Of a DNA stretch of 64,000 bases, positions 1-13,210 are shown one piece after another. Position 1 is the stretch's first letter. Every line of letters begins with the position of its first letter. Location: NCBI GenBank assembly GCA_964016885.1, contig OZ024761.1, positions 19,220,001 to 19,284,000 of the forward strand, written 5' to 3'. Both the position numbers and the translations under genes were made by a program. The notes below the pieces were generated by a model. It had not been told where the DNA came from. It worked only from the letters and a program-made list of their open reading frames with translations, and searched no databases. Source of the stretch: Eledone cirrhosa (Eukaryota).

Positions 1-221
1 TGTAGAAAACATGAAAGGTAAATTCTAAACCTTTGTTATAAACCTCTCCAGCTGTGTTATTCCCTAAAGTCCTCAACTACTATTATTATTATTATTTTCC
101 ATTTCTTTTCTCCTGTGTTAAGATTCGGTGTGTCAATGTAACCTGCAACTTGCTAACCTTATTGTACAGGTGTGTACAGTTATATACACAAGTACATATA
201 CAGGTATATACTCTGTGGTAT

Positions 222-585
222 ATCATTACCATCATCATAATTATTATCATTACCATTGTTACCATCATCACCACCTCCACCATCAGCACCATCATCACCA
301 CAATCGCCATTACTACCATCATCACCATCTTCCTCATCACTACCATTACCACCACCTTTACCATCAGTACCACCCTCATCACAACCACCCTTACCATCAG
401 TACCATCACCACCTTTACCATCATCACCACTTTCCTCACCACCACCGTCACTACCATGATTATCATTGTTTTCATCATCATCATCACAATCATTGCTTTC
501 ATTGTTATAATTATTTTTATCATCATTATTACCATTATAATTAAATAAAGAAATCATTAGTATTATCATTATCATCATCACCATT
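222..585. repeat. (CAT/CAC)n degenerate trinucleotide repeat
   Basis: Visible in sequence; source of low-complexity ORFs. Confidence 0.9.
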
Positions 586-2048
586 ATATTTGTTTAACGT
601 CCATTTAAACCAGCGGTCTCCAACTCAAGGACTCAAAAGGCCCGTTACGCCCTGGGTAGAGGCACAGTTGACCAAAAATTAGATGGGGGGGGGGGGGGGG
701 GGGGGGGCATGATTTCCACCAGTTATAATGTTAATCTACAATACAGCTCATAGGCTGCTATCGACAGTCAATCGATGGAGCTCATCAAATCGGAGCAAGG
801 AAACAATGTTTCCATTGGTCTTTCCAATTGCTAATACTGTCTGTCGGTCACAAATCCAGACAGAAGGAGCAATGTAAAATAAAGTGTCTTGTTCAAGGAC
901 ATAATGCATTGCCTAGTCTAGGAATTGAAATCACAACCTCACGATTGTGAATCCAATTCTCTAACCACTCAGCCACGCACCGTATAAATATTTGAATATA
1001 TGCTGACCCCACTATTTCATGCCTGACAAATGGATAAAAATCCAAATCTTATTTATGTAGAATTTGAAGTTAGTAAAAATCGTCAAAATATTGACCCCAA
1101 ATGTAAACTGATCCTCCTCCTTTCTACCATTAATTTTTTGACCACATATTCCTCGGCTTATCTTCAGGTATATAGTCCAGTGATCTACTGATTCTGTCTA
1201 TCCACCATCATCCTTAATAATGATGATAATAATGAGTTTGGTCATTTGACTGATTAAGCAGTGAAATGACCAACCAATGAACTAACCAGACAATGAAATA
1301 ACCAATGAACACAGTATCATCATCATGACCATTTTATGTCCATGTTTCCACGCTAGCATAGGTTAAACGAGTTGACCTGTTGTGGGCAATGCCAGTTCAG
1401 GTGACAATGCCCTGCTCATACAGAACTGATTTTAGCTTGGTTTCTACAGCTGGATGCCCTTCCTAACACCAACTCCATTTACAGTGAGTACTGGGTACTT
1501 TTTGTCTTAACAGTATATATATATATTAATGGATGGTGATCACTGGGAAAAGAAGTGCCAGGAAATCCCAGTAGAAGGAAGTTGCAGTAGAGGTAGACAA
1601 AAGGAAGACCTGGGCAGAGGTGGCGAGAGCTGATCTTAAATAGCTGAAACAAACAGAGGAGATGACAAAGGAACATGGGGAGTAGAGAGATGCTGTACTG
1701 ATAAATTATCCATCCAACCCATGCAAGCATTAAAAAATGAACATAAAAACAATGATAATGATGATGATGATGATGAAAGGAATCATTTTCAACAGGATCA
1801 ATATTATTACCCTTATCATCATCTTACATACATTTAAACCAGGGTTCTCAAAGTGGAGGGCTCAAAAGGGCCTTTATGACCTGAGGTCGAGGTGTGGAAA
1901 AAACAGACATAAAAACAATGACGATGATGATGATTTATATAATGAGAAGAAAAAACAAACAAAAACAAAAAAAAACAAACATAAAAATCAAAAGGTATCT
2001 TTATTGTTGGTGTGAAATATATAACAGGAATTTAGCCATGTCTGCAGT

Positions 2049-2070
2049 TTATAGAGCGACTATGTTGCAG
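2049..2070 (-). CDS. PSMD9: PSMD9 exon 6 (terminal coding part)
   Basis: ttttcag|C TGC AAC ATA GTC GCT CTA TAA completes GLLG-CNIVAL*; AATAAA on the minus strand near 2000-2005. Confidence 0.88.
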
Positions 2071-2229
2071 CTGAAAATAAAAAATAAATAACAATAACAA
2101 ATAAATAACAATAACAAATAAATAACAATAACAAATAAATAACAAATAAATAACAATAATAACTATCTTCAATTCGGTATTCATGCCAACCCTTACCTAT
2201 GATCATGAATCTTGGGTAATGACCAAAAC

Positions 2230-2772
2230 GATTGCATATACAAACAGCTAAAATAGGGTTCCTACGAAGGGTCTTTGGAGTGCGTAAATCGGAAATCAAA
2301 GAGTCGCTCCAGCTCCAATATTAAGGACGTGGTTAGAATATCTCAGGAAAGAATCACTGGGCAGATTTTACAGACAAAACCAACCGGCAGGAGACCAGGG
2401 GTAAACCCCAAGCTAAATGGTTGGATAATAATAATCAGGATAGAGTGTGTAGCTTGGAAATCAAAGAGTAACTCCAGGAAGAGCTGCTACTTATTTGAAT
2501 TGAGAAACCACAGCCCTGATACTAGGGCATGTAGGTTGGAACATCTCAGTAAAGAATCGCTGGACAAATGTTACAGGCAAAACCAACTGGCTGGAAATCC
2601 AGGTGTAGACCCCAAACAAGATGGTTGGATAACATCCATGAGCTTGGCTGGTCTCGCTTGGGGATCCAGCCAGATCAGTTGCAGACAGTTGCTTCTGAAA
2701 GGACTCGCTGGAAGGAGTGTTTGAGGACTCTTCCCCCACAGCCCTCTCAGGAATAAGTGGGTGAAGAAGAAG
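2230..2772 (+). mobile_element. Degenerate RTE LINE 3' fragments (tandem)
   Basis: Frameshifted motifs KPTG..RPQTRWLDNIHELGWSRLG..RWKECLRTLPPQPSQE; relatives at 21200-21650 (+), 41170-41510 (-) and 63900-64000 (-). Confidence 0.8.
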
Positions 2773-3744
2773 AGAACAACAATTTAATTTAAATGTAAAC
2801 TAATAGGGATCGAAACCACTACCAACGTTACTACACTCAGAATGTATAGCAACACCCTAGCCCACACGACCACCAAGTCAACAATAACAATGGTTTCTAA
2901 ATAAGGTAAATGGCCAGCATTTTGGGAGGGAGGATCGCTATGTCTGACAAATCGACTCCAGTACTTAACAGCTACTCCTTTATTTTATCAACCCCAGTGA
3001 GGTGAAAGACAAAGTTGAATTCAGAAGGTAGAAAGTTGTAACTAAATACCACAAAGCATGTTGTCCGACGCTCTACAGACACTGCCAATCCACAGTCCTT
3101 CTTCACCTTTAATAATGGTTTCTGATTTAAGCACAAGGCTAACAATTTTGTGGGAGGGAAAAGTAGATTATACCCTATACCTTATACCCATCCCACTATC
3201 TAACTGGTAGACCTCGGTGGGATTTGAACTCAAAAGGTAACGAGCCAGTACAAATATTAATTTCTGATTTAAGCACAAGGCCAACAATTTTGAGGGAGGG
3301 GAATGCTGATTAAATCAACCCCAGATCATTGCTGGTACTTTATTTTATCGACCCAGTAAGGATGAAAGGCAAAGCTAACCTGGGCAGGATTTGAACTCAG
3401 AACTAACCCATGCTAGCATGGAAAAATGGATGTTAAAGAAAGCTGATGGTGATGAATGTAAAAGTATGTAACTACATGCTGCAAAGCATGTTGTCTGGCA
3501 CTCTGCCGATACTGCCAACCCACCACCCTAACAATAACAACAGCAATAATAATAATAACAACAATGGTTTCTGATTTCAGTACAAGGCCAGTAATTTTAA
3601 AGGGAGTTGAAAATCAATTAAATCGACACCAGTACATTACTGGTACTTATTTATCGACCCCATAAGGATGAAAGGCATAATAATAATGGTTTCTAATTTT
3701 GGCACAAGGCCAGCAATTTTGAAGGTAGGGCAAAATGGATTACA

Positions 3745-4305
3745 TGGAACCCAGTGCATTACTGGTACTTTATTTTACTGACCCTGGAACACAGTGCATT
3801 ACTGGTACTTTATTTTACTGACCATGGAACCCAGTGCATTACTGGTACTTTATTTTACTGACCATGGAACCCAGTGCATTACTGGTACTTTATTTTACTG
3901 ACCATGGAACCCAGTGCATTACTGGTACTTTATTTTACTGACCATGGAACTCAGTGCATTACTGGTACTTTATTTTACTGACCATGGAACCCAGTGCATT
4001 ACTGGTACTTTATTTTACTGACCATGGAACCCAGTGCATTACTGGTACTTTATTTTACTGACCATGGAACCCAGTGCATTACTGGTACTTTATTTTACTG
4101 ACCATGGAACCCAGTGCATTACTGGTACTTTATTTTACTGACCCTGGAACCCAGTGCATTACTGGTACTTTATTTTACTGACCCTGGAACCCAGTGCATT
4201 ACTGGTACTTTATTTTACTGACCATGGAACCCAGTGCATTACTGGTACTTTATTTTACTGACCATGGAACACAGTGCATTACTGGTACTTTATTTTACTG
4301 ACCCT
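3745..4305. repeat. 40-bp minisatellite, about 14 copies, from a family B SINE segment
   Basis: Unit ggaacccagtgcattactggtactttattttactgaccat lies inside a SINE. Confidence 0.95.
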
Positions 4306-5612
4306 GAAGGATGAAAGGCAGAGTTGACATTGAAGGGATTTGAACTCAGAATGAAAAGTAACAAAACAAACAAACAGCACAAAGTAATTTGTCCAATGCT
4401 CTACTGATTCACCAACCCCAACAATAACAACAACAAAAACAGCAACAACTATAAAATGTTTTCTAATTTAGGCACAGGGCTAACAATGTTTGAGGAAGGT
4501 AAGTGCCATTGCATCAACCCAGTACGTGACTGGTACTGTATTTTATCTACCCCAAAAGGATGAAAAACAAAGTAGACCTTGGTGAGATTTGAACTCAGGA
4601 GGTAAAGATCCAGGATATATGCTGCAAAGCATTTTCTTTGACACTCTAACGATTCTGCTAATCTACCATGATATAATAATAACTGTTCTGGTAAAAAATT
4701 CTGCAATTTAGTGGTGGTGATGATGATGATGACACAAATGGTGATGACGATGATGGTGATGATTATGGTGAAGGCGTTCCACGAGAAACAGTGATAACTG
4801 AGAGAAGTTTACATTTTATTTCCTGACGTTCACAGTTGTATAAATAACATTACAAATAAACAGATAGAAAAATAGAGTAGCATTGGAAAGGACTATAAAT
4901 GCCATAAATGAGAGGAAAAAGAGAAGAGCAAGGACTATTAGGCAAAGGGTGAGTAATATTTGTTTTTCTTCTTCTATCTTAGATAGAGAGGGTCTGTTTA
5001 GTCCTATATGAGCGAGACACGGTCACCCGACCAATCTTGCCTCAAGTGGGACAATTCTCGTCTAACCCATGCTAGTGTGGAAGATAGACGTTAAATGATG
5101 ATATGATTGCAGTCTCCAAACTGGTGATGGGTCTGTGACCTGTCCTGGGAGGTGTGGGATGGACGCACAAAGATCGCGTGTCCCGAATAATTTTTGTTTG
5201 ATTTTATATATGTAATTTTACTATACAAGTATGGCATATTGTTGGATATCCTTGGTTATTACCATAAAGGCTTCATTCAACCTCTTATATTATTTTTCCT
5301 TAACCCTTTAACATTTACATTACTTTATATATACTATTGTATATTAATGATAAAACCTTTACCTCACAGAATTACCTCTCATAATATCAAATCTATGAGA
5401 TTTTGATATTATTTATTTTGAGAACAATACCTTAACATTAGTATGAATGGTCGGTTATGGCCAGTTTGAACAAAAAGAGGTAAGAGAATTCTGGCCGGAT
5501 ACAGCCGGTTTGAATGCTAAAGGGTTAAACCAGTTATCAAAAACAAATACATATATATATTATGTTTACCACATGAACTACGATAAAAATATAAAAGAGA
5601 TATTGATAATGG

Positions 5613-6210
5613 TATATAATAATTTTTATGCAGGGGTTTGCTGAGACATGGAAACTATTTCAAGGGTTCCACAAGGTTAAAAAGGGTTGAGAAACAATAT
5701 ATAATAATTTTTATGCAGGGGTTTGCTGAGACATGGAAACTATTTCAAGGGTTCCACAAGGTTAAAAAGGGTTGAGAAACAATATATAATAATTTTTATG
5801 CAGGGGTTTGCTGAGACATGGAAACTATTTCAAGGGTTCCACAAGGTTAAAAAGGGTTGAGAAACAATATATAATAATTTTTATGCAGGGGTTTGCTGAG
5901 ACATGGAAACTATTTCAAGGGTTCCACAAGGTTAAAAAGGGTTGAGAAACAATATATAATAATTTTTATGCAGGGGTTTGCTGAGACATGGAAACTATTT
6001 CAAGGGTTCCACAAGGTTAAAAAGGGTTGAGAAACAATATATAATAATTTTTATGCAGGGGTTTGCTGAGACATGGAAACTATTTCAAGAGTTCCTTCCA
6101 CAGGGGTAAAAAGGATTGAGAAATGATATATAATAATGCAGGGGTTCCCTAAGACATGGAAACTATTTCAAGGGATCTGCAAGAGTAAAAAAGGGTTGAG
6201 AAACGCTGGT
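5613..6210. repeat. 85-bp tandem repeat, about 7 copies
   Basis: Unit starts at 5613, 5698, 5783; ends in GGTTGAGAAACGCTG, resembling a hAT-MITE terminus. Confidence 0.92.
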
Positions 6211-6567
6211 CTAGATGGTGAGTACTCTAGTTGTTTGATCAATGAGACAGTCTACTCATAAAATTAGACACGTGAACCTCTGAACGTATTTCTCAGGGAG
6301 ATTCAGCATGTCACAATGTGTGACAAAGTTGCACCTTTGACCTACAGGTACGATATTATAATGAAGTGGATGAGCATTCCACAGATATGTGTACCTCTCA
6401 ACATATTTCTCAGGGAGATTCAGTAGGACACAATATGTGACAAGGTTGCGCTCATAAAAATTAACTTGCAAGTGACTGAATATTCCAGATGCAGGTACTC
6501 CCTTTAATGTAATTCTCAGGGAGATTCAGCATGACACACAAGCTGTCTATAAAAAGGGGTTACTTAC

Positions 6568-6656
6568 CCAAGAAGGCCTCGACCACTCCATTTCTGAGGG
6601 ATCAACATCAATCTCTGTTCCTTACCATCTCGTAGAATTATCACACAAACAGGTTT
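6568..6656 (-). CDS. PSMD9: PSMD9 exon 5
   Basis: cag|KPVCVIILRDGKEQRLMLIPQKWSGRGLLG|gtaagt; W-x-G-x-GLLG motif. Confidence 0.95.
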
Positions 6657-6996
6657 CTGGAAGAACACATAACAGTTTCATTAAGTAGTAATGGTGTTAG
6701 TGGTAGTGGTAGTGGTGGTGGTAGTGATAGTGTTGGTGGTAGTGTTAGTCATAGTGGTAAAGGTGGTGATAGTGTTGGTGATATTGATAGTGTTGGTGTT
6801 AGTGGTGGTGTTAGTGGTGGTGGTAATGGTAGTGTTGGTGATAGTGGTAGTGTTGGTGGTAGTAATAGTGTTAGTGTTGGTGGTAGTAATAGTGTTAGTG
6901 TTGGTGATAGTGGTAGTGTTGGTGGTAGAGAGTGTGGTAGTGGTAGTGTTGGTGGTAGTGATAGTGGTAGTGTTAGTGTTGTTTAATAAAACTTAC

Positions 6997-7098
6997 ATCT
7001 ATACTATGCTGTACAACCTTCCCCACATCTTGTAATGTCTTGAAGTTAGAATGTTGGATGGAACCAAACTGGAGGACTTGATCACCAACACTTAATGT
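6997..7098 (-). CDS. PSMD9: PSMD9 exon 4
   Basis: cag|TLSVGDQVLQFGSIQHSNFKTLQDVGKVVQHSID|gtaagt; PDZ domain. Confidence 0.94.
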
Positions 7099-7665
7099 CT
7101 GCAAAACAAATACAAAAACTGATTAACCCTTTAACATTTAAACCAGTCGTATACGGCCAGAATTCTCTCACCTCATTCAGTTCAAACCGGCCATAACTGG
7201 TCACACATACTGATGTTAAGGTATTGTTCTCAAAATAAATAACATCAAAGTCTCGTAGCTTCGATATAATGTGAGATAAAGACTTTACCACAAAAACACA
7301 ATAGTAAATATAGAGTAATGTAAATGCTAAAGGGTTAATTAAATACAATCAATTGCATGTGTACATGGTTCTGTAACTCCTGAGGTAGTTTTAAGGGTTC
7401 CTTATTGACATACAATGTTTCTAGGGCATTTTTAAAACCTAGTGGAACCCATCTCCTCTCTAGGTCTGAATAAAGCAGATCTCTTCCAGAGAAAGAGAGA
7501 ATAAGTGAGAGAATGAATTGAATCGGGAAAGAGATATAAAGGAAGAATTGACCCCAGTACTAGACTGGTATTATATTTGATGTATGTATGGTCCCGTAAC
7601 TCTTGAGGCAGTTGTAGGGGCTCCTTATTGACAAAAAGCATTTCTAGGGTATTTTTTAAACCTTA

Positions 7666-8340
7666 TGTAACTTAATTGTGACACCATCACTAGAGAGGTT
7701 GTCATATACCCAGCAAGACTGAAGAGTCCTCTCTACCGTGTATTGTCACCATTTGATCACCAACCACTTTACAGAGTGTACCAGGTGTAACTTAATTGTG
7801 ACACCATCACTAGAGAGGTTGTCATATACCCAGCAAGACTGAAGAGTCCTCTCTACTGTGTATTGTCACCATTTGATCACCAACCACTTTACAGAGTGTA
7901 CCAGGTGTAACTTAATTGTGACACCATCACTAGAGAGGTTGTCATATACCCAGCAAGACTGAAGAGTCCTCTCTACCGTGTATTGTCACCATTTGATCAC
8001 CAACCACTTTACAGAGTGTACCAGGTGTAACTTAATTGTGACACCATCACTAGAGAAGTTGTCATATACCCAGCAAGACTGAAGAGTCCTCTTTACCCTA
8101 TATTGTCACCATTTGATCACCAACCACTTTACAGAGTGTACCAGGTGTAACTTAATTATGACACCATCACTAGAGAGGTTGTCATATACCCAGCAAGACT
8201 GAAGAGTCCTCTCTACCGTGTATTGTCACCATTTGATCATCAACCACTTTACAGAGTGTACCAGGTGTAACTTAATTGTGACACCATCACTAGAGGAGTT
8301 GTCATATACCCAGCAAGACTAAAGAGATGCTCTCCACTGT
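7666..8340. repeat. 120-bp tandem repeat, about 5.5 copies
   Basis: Lines 7681, 7801, 7921, 8041, 8161 are near-identical. Confidence 0.95.
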
Positions 8341-8380
8341 CTTATCTCTCAAGAAGGACAAACTCAGTTTCAACACTTAC

Positions 8381-8592
8381 GGCAGTAAATGCAGGAGATC
8401 CGGGATCAACTCGGTCTATTTTGGCAAAAGGTACACGAGTTAGTGTTGTAATTTTAATCGCAGTTTTCTCTTCTTTTGCCTGGTCTCCATTTTCTTGAGA
8501 CTGGTTTTCTTTTTCTTCTCGGGCATTTGCATGAATTCTGTATAATTCTTCTTCTATCTCTTTCATCAGAGCCTTGTAGTCATTTTGAAGGC
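8381..8592 (-). CDS. PSMD9: PSMD9 exon 3
   Basis: cag|(C)LQNDYKALMKEIEEELYRIHA...PFAKIDRVDPGSPAFTA|gtaagt; start of the PDZ domain. Confidence 0.95.
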
Positions 8593-8614
8593 CTGCAGAA
8601 ATAACACCAGACAA

Positions 8615-8655
<41 letters not shown>

Positions 8656-9476
8656 AGAACTCACTATAAATGAGGTTGGCATTGGGAAGGGCATCCAACT
8701 GTAGAAACCAAGCCAGAATCAGTTCTGTATGAGCAAGATATGATCACCTGATCTAACATTGCCTAAAACAGGACAACTTGTCTAACTTATGCTAGTGTGG
8801 AAAATGGACATAAAACAGTGATGATGATGATGATATACGGTGTTGTGTTGAGAAAGAAATATAAAGGAAAACATCGACACCAGCAGTGAATTGGTACTTT
8901 ATTTGTCGACCTCGGAAGGATGAAAGGCAAAGTTGATCTCGGCTGAATTTCATCTCAGAACGCTGACAGTCGGAACGAATACTACAAAGCATTCTATCCG
9001 ACGTTCGAACGACTCTGATAATTCACGACCTTTTTAAACTTTTAATTGAAAAAAAAAACAAACAAAAAATAGAACTAGAGTTACTTCCCCTGATTATTGG
9101 TATTGTATGGTACCGTAACTTCTGCGGGAGTCGTAGGGGCGCCGTATTGACATACTCAGTACGGCGTTTCTTGGGCATTCTGAGCCTGGCGGAGCCTATC
9201 TCCTCTCCAGGAGTGAGTACAACAGAGAGTACGACACTAAGTATGATAACGAGAGTGAGAGAAAGGAAGCGAACAACAGATATAGAGGAAGAATCAACCC
9301 CAGTACTTGACTTGTACTTTTTATTTATTGACCTCGAAAGAATGACCCCGCAAAGTTGGACTTAGCGGGGTTCGAACTCTGAGAGCAGAGAGCCAGAACG
9401 AACAGCACAAAGCATTCTATATAACGTTCTAACGACTCTGCCAATTCACTGCCTTTAAAATATGTACCAGGCTTGA

Positions 9477-9512
<36 letters not shown>

Positions 9513-9693
9513 CAAAGGTATATTGAGTTAAGAACTCAAAATAGTCTCTTACTATAAAATAGCTCTAAGAAAGAGATGTAAACCTGGCTGCTATTTTTAG
9601 TGGTGGGGGTTTATGAGACACACTAGGATGCCATGTGCGCTATTTTATGTATTTTATATATAGCATACTTGGATGTGTCTAGGATACTAATTC

Positions 9694-9768
9694 ATCACCC
9701 ACTGATGAGCTTGGATTGGTATTTCTATTCACAATTAACTTTGCGAAACAACAAGTTGTCTGGGTGAT
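9694..9768 (+). ncRNA. Type I hammerhead ribozyme motif (Penelope-like-element type)
   Basis: ATCACCCA-CTGATGA-GC..GC-GAAA-CAACAAGTTG-TC-TGGGTGAT: full core, 8-bp stem I, GUC cleavage triplet ending 9760. Confidence 0.8.
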
Positions 9769-9939
9769 TGGTAGTTACCACAATTCCGGTTTGTATTTAT
9801 TTTCTTAATTTTTTCTTAATTGAGACAAGCGAACTCTATTGTCTATAGTTAGTATTCTTTTCACCTGAGCGAATCAGGTCCCTTACGATTTGAACATATA
9901 TATATATATATGTCTGTGTTCATTTTTCTTTTATATTCT

Positions 9940-10004
<65 letters not shown>

Positions 10005-10399
10005 GCCTGGTATCCAAGGAAAACTTGAACCGTTAAGGTATATTTTCCTTGGTTATGTCAAAATTTATAAAACACACTTCGTATTTTATCTGATGATAGC
10101 GTACCAAAGTTTTGGTACCCTTGAAATATATATAATATATGCATCCTTTAAGGCCTCCATGCTTCCCGAGATCTGCCAACACTACAGCTAATGTTCCCCC
10201 TCCATACACATACACACATGTATACCATGACTCATACACTATTCACTTCCCTGACATTTGTGTATTATTCTATGTACTATACATACACCTTTGACGAGTT
10301 GTAGTGCACCTGAGCACTTTACACAATAATTTCATTATTATTATTATAATAGAATAAATATGGTTTTATAAATACAATGTCCATTTATTTAATATCATC

Positions 10400-10442
<43 letters not shown>

Positions 10443-10541
10443 GAGAAGAAAGAAGAATACTGCATGGTTTGCACATGGGTTACATATGATAAAAATAGTC
10501 CTTCGTCAGTGATTTTCCAACCATCATTATATACCTATATA

Positions 10542-10576
<35 letters not shown>

Positions 10577-12308
10577 GATGATATTAAATAAATGGAAATT
10601 GTATTTATAAAACCATATTTATTCTATTATATATATTTCAAGGGTACCAAAAAAAAATATATATATATATATAAACACCGGATGTCGATATGATCGACTA
10701 AATTCTTTCAAGGCAATGCTCCAGCATGGCCATAAAACATTATTATACAACGCATAGAGTTACGGCCCTTTATGATCTGAGTTCAAATCCCGCCATGGTT
10801 AAGTTTACCTTTCATACTCACGGGAGTCGATAAAATAAAGTACCAGTAATACACTGAAATAATTGCTGGCCTTGTGCCAAAAATAGAAACAATTATTATA
10901 CAACGCTGTCCTTTTACGAAAACAAAATAATTAAAAATATCAGTTCTCCCTCGAACGAGATGCTGGGCGGCCATTTAACAGAGGAACTTGTATGAGTGGT
11001 GCAAGGGAGGTAACTAGTGCAATCCTATATTCTAAATTATGTACTGAACTGGCACTCCGTCGCTTACAGCGATGACTGATCCAATTGGTTCGATCAACGG
11101 AACAGCTTGCACGTAAAATGAACGTGCAAGTGGCTGAGCATTCCACAGACACGTGTATCCTTAACGTAGTTCTCAGGGAGATTCAGAGTGACACGGGGTC
11201 GTGTAGGTGTGTGTGTGTGTGTGTCACAACAAAAAGCACCCAGTCCACACTGTAAATGTTGTTGGCATTAGGAAGGTCATCAAGCCGTAGAAACCAAGCC
11301 AGAATCTGTTCTATATCAGCAAAACATGGACATCTGATTCGGCTTGTCTCTCGACGAGACAACTCGTCTGATAAATGCTGGCATGGGAAAATGGACGTTA
11401 AATAGGATAGATAAATATGATACAATAGAACAACCTGCTCGTGAAATTAACGTACAAGTGGCTGAGCAGTCCACACACATATGTACCCTTAATGTAGTTC
11501 TCAGGGAGATTCAACGTGACAGAAATGTGACACAACGGAACAGCATTCCATTACCATATTTCTAATGAAAGACACTCTCTGAGATTTTCAAATAATTTTG
11601 AAAAAAAATCAAGAATTTTAAGGGATTTAGTAATATAACTAACTTTCTCATTATAAAACTGGTGTTTGGAACATAACTTAACAAAGGGTCTGACATAAAA
11701 TTATGATGGAAGGTTTTTTAAAGATAAATATAAACACTTTAACCCTTTCATTATTATATTTCTAATGGGCGGTGGATTGGCAGTATCGGTAGAGCGTCGA
11801 ACGCCTTGCTTTGACGCATAGAGTTACAGCTCTTACCATTCTGAGGTTAACTTTGGCTTTCATCCTTACGGGGTCGATAAAATAAAGTACCAGTAATGCA
11901 CTGGGGTTATTGCTGGCCTTGTGCCAAAAAGTAAAAACAATTATTATATTTCTAATGAAAGACACTGTCTATGATTTTCTAATAATTTTCAAAATAATCA
12001 AGATTTGGGTGGATTTAGTAAAATAACTAACTTAAGATATTATTAAGCTGGTGTTTGGAATATATTTCTGATGAAAGACATTGCCTACAATGGCCTGCAA
12101 ATATGAAGAGACTTAGTAATATAACTTACTTTCTCGTTATTAAACTGGTGTTTGGAAGGTAACTTAACAAAGGTTTTGACATAAAATTATGATAGGGGAC
12201 TTTTAGCTAAATAAAAACACTTTAAAACAAACATGGGGTAGTTTCAAGCTGTTTGGTATTGAAAGGGTTAAAGGTAAAAATGAAAAAAAAAGTTCATGTG
12301 GTACTCAC

Positions 12309-12411
12309 ATATAATTTTCTGTCTTGCTGCTCGTACAGAATATAAATCAATGTCAGCCCTAGGGTAGCCTTCTTTATCAATTAATGGTTCGTTCATTCCA
12401 ATATTACCTTG
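12309..12411 (-). CDS. PSMD9: PSMD9 exon 2
   Basis: tag|[34 protein letters not shown]|gtgagt; Nas2 N-terminal motif GMxEPLxDxEGYPRxDxD. Confidence 0.96.
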
Positions 12412-12668
12412 CTAGGAAAGAAGCAATCAAAAAAATCCCTATCAGTGATGGAATCAATACAATGACAACAACAACAAAATAATCTAATTTCAAAGCAAAC
12501 GTTTGTTTTCTCTGAGAGCTCCTTATACACTAACGAAGGGAATTTTAAGTCCTAAATTATTAAGACAAAATAAACCACAAAAAAAACAAAGATTACCAGG
12601 TAACTAACTTTATCCTTACTTCATCTTACTGTCCATTTTGCCTTGTTTAGCCTTCTTACATATATAAT

Positions 12669-12908
12669 TACGAAAGACGATCTGAAGGCCAGGTTCACAA
12701 GTGCCTTTAGGGGCCTAAGTCGGGGGACAGTGACGAAAGCCTGTAGCCGGTTCCGAGGCCGTCATCAAAGCCAATGGAGGGTTTATCGAGTGAAATCGAA
12801 AGAACAAGTCATGAAGACCCAAGTTTGATAAATATATCTTAAAAAATAAAACTACCGTTACTTTTTTCCTAGACAGTAATCTTGCGAACAAATAACGTCC
12901 GCACCCTG
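12669..12908 (+). mobile_element. 3' fragment of the same mariner family
   Basis: Matches 32912-33173 including the right TIR. Confidence 0.88.
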
Positions 12909-12929
12909 TATATACATACAATAGATATT

Positions 12930-12968
<39 letters not shown>

Positions 12969-13040
12969 GGAGCTTCCAACAGTAATGGTTACATTCTTTA
13001 AAGGTATGTCAATATTTATTTATAAAACTGCTCTATATTA

Positions 13041-13105
13041 TATTTTATCTGATGAAAGCACACCATAATTTAACTTGGTGTCCTTGAAATATGTATAATG
13101 AAATA
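13041..13105 (+). ncRNA. Minimal type I hammerhead ribozyme motif
   Basis: TATTTTAT-CTGATGA-AAGCACACCA..TGGTGTCCTT-GAAA-TATGTA-TA-ATGAAATA. Confidence 0.7.
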
Positions 13106-13144
13106 AATATGGTTTTATAAATATAGTTTCCATTTGTTAATATC

Positions 13145-13210
<66 letters not shown>

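Noticed and set aside
54-584. Long His/Thr/Ile/Gly-rich ORFs in several frames
   Set aside because: Products of a degenerate (CAT/CAC)n repeat; no domain or splice support.
4816-4856. Minus-strand CNVIYTT.. as an alternative PSMD9 last exon
   Set aside because: No AG acceptor, and similar sequence recurs at about 15891 and 56691 as a repeat tail.
3745-8340. Regular arrays resembling CRISPR
   Set aside because: No unique spacers, no cas genes, eukaryotic intron context; units are TE-derived.
10440-10530. CTGACGA motif on the minus strand (also about 14200-14285)
   Set aside because: No following GAAA or stem III; at most a truncated remnant.
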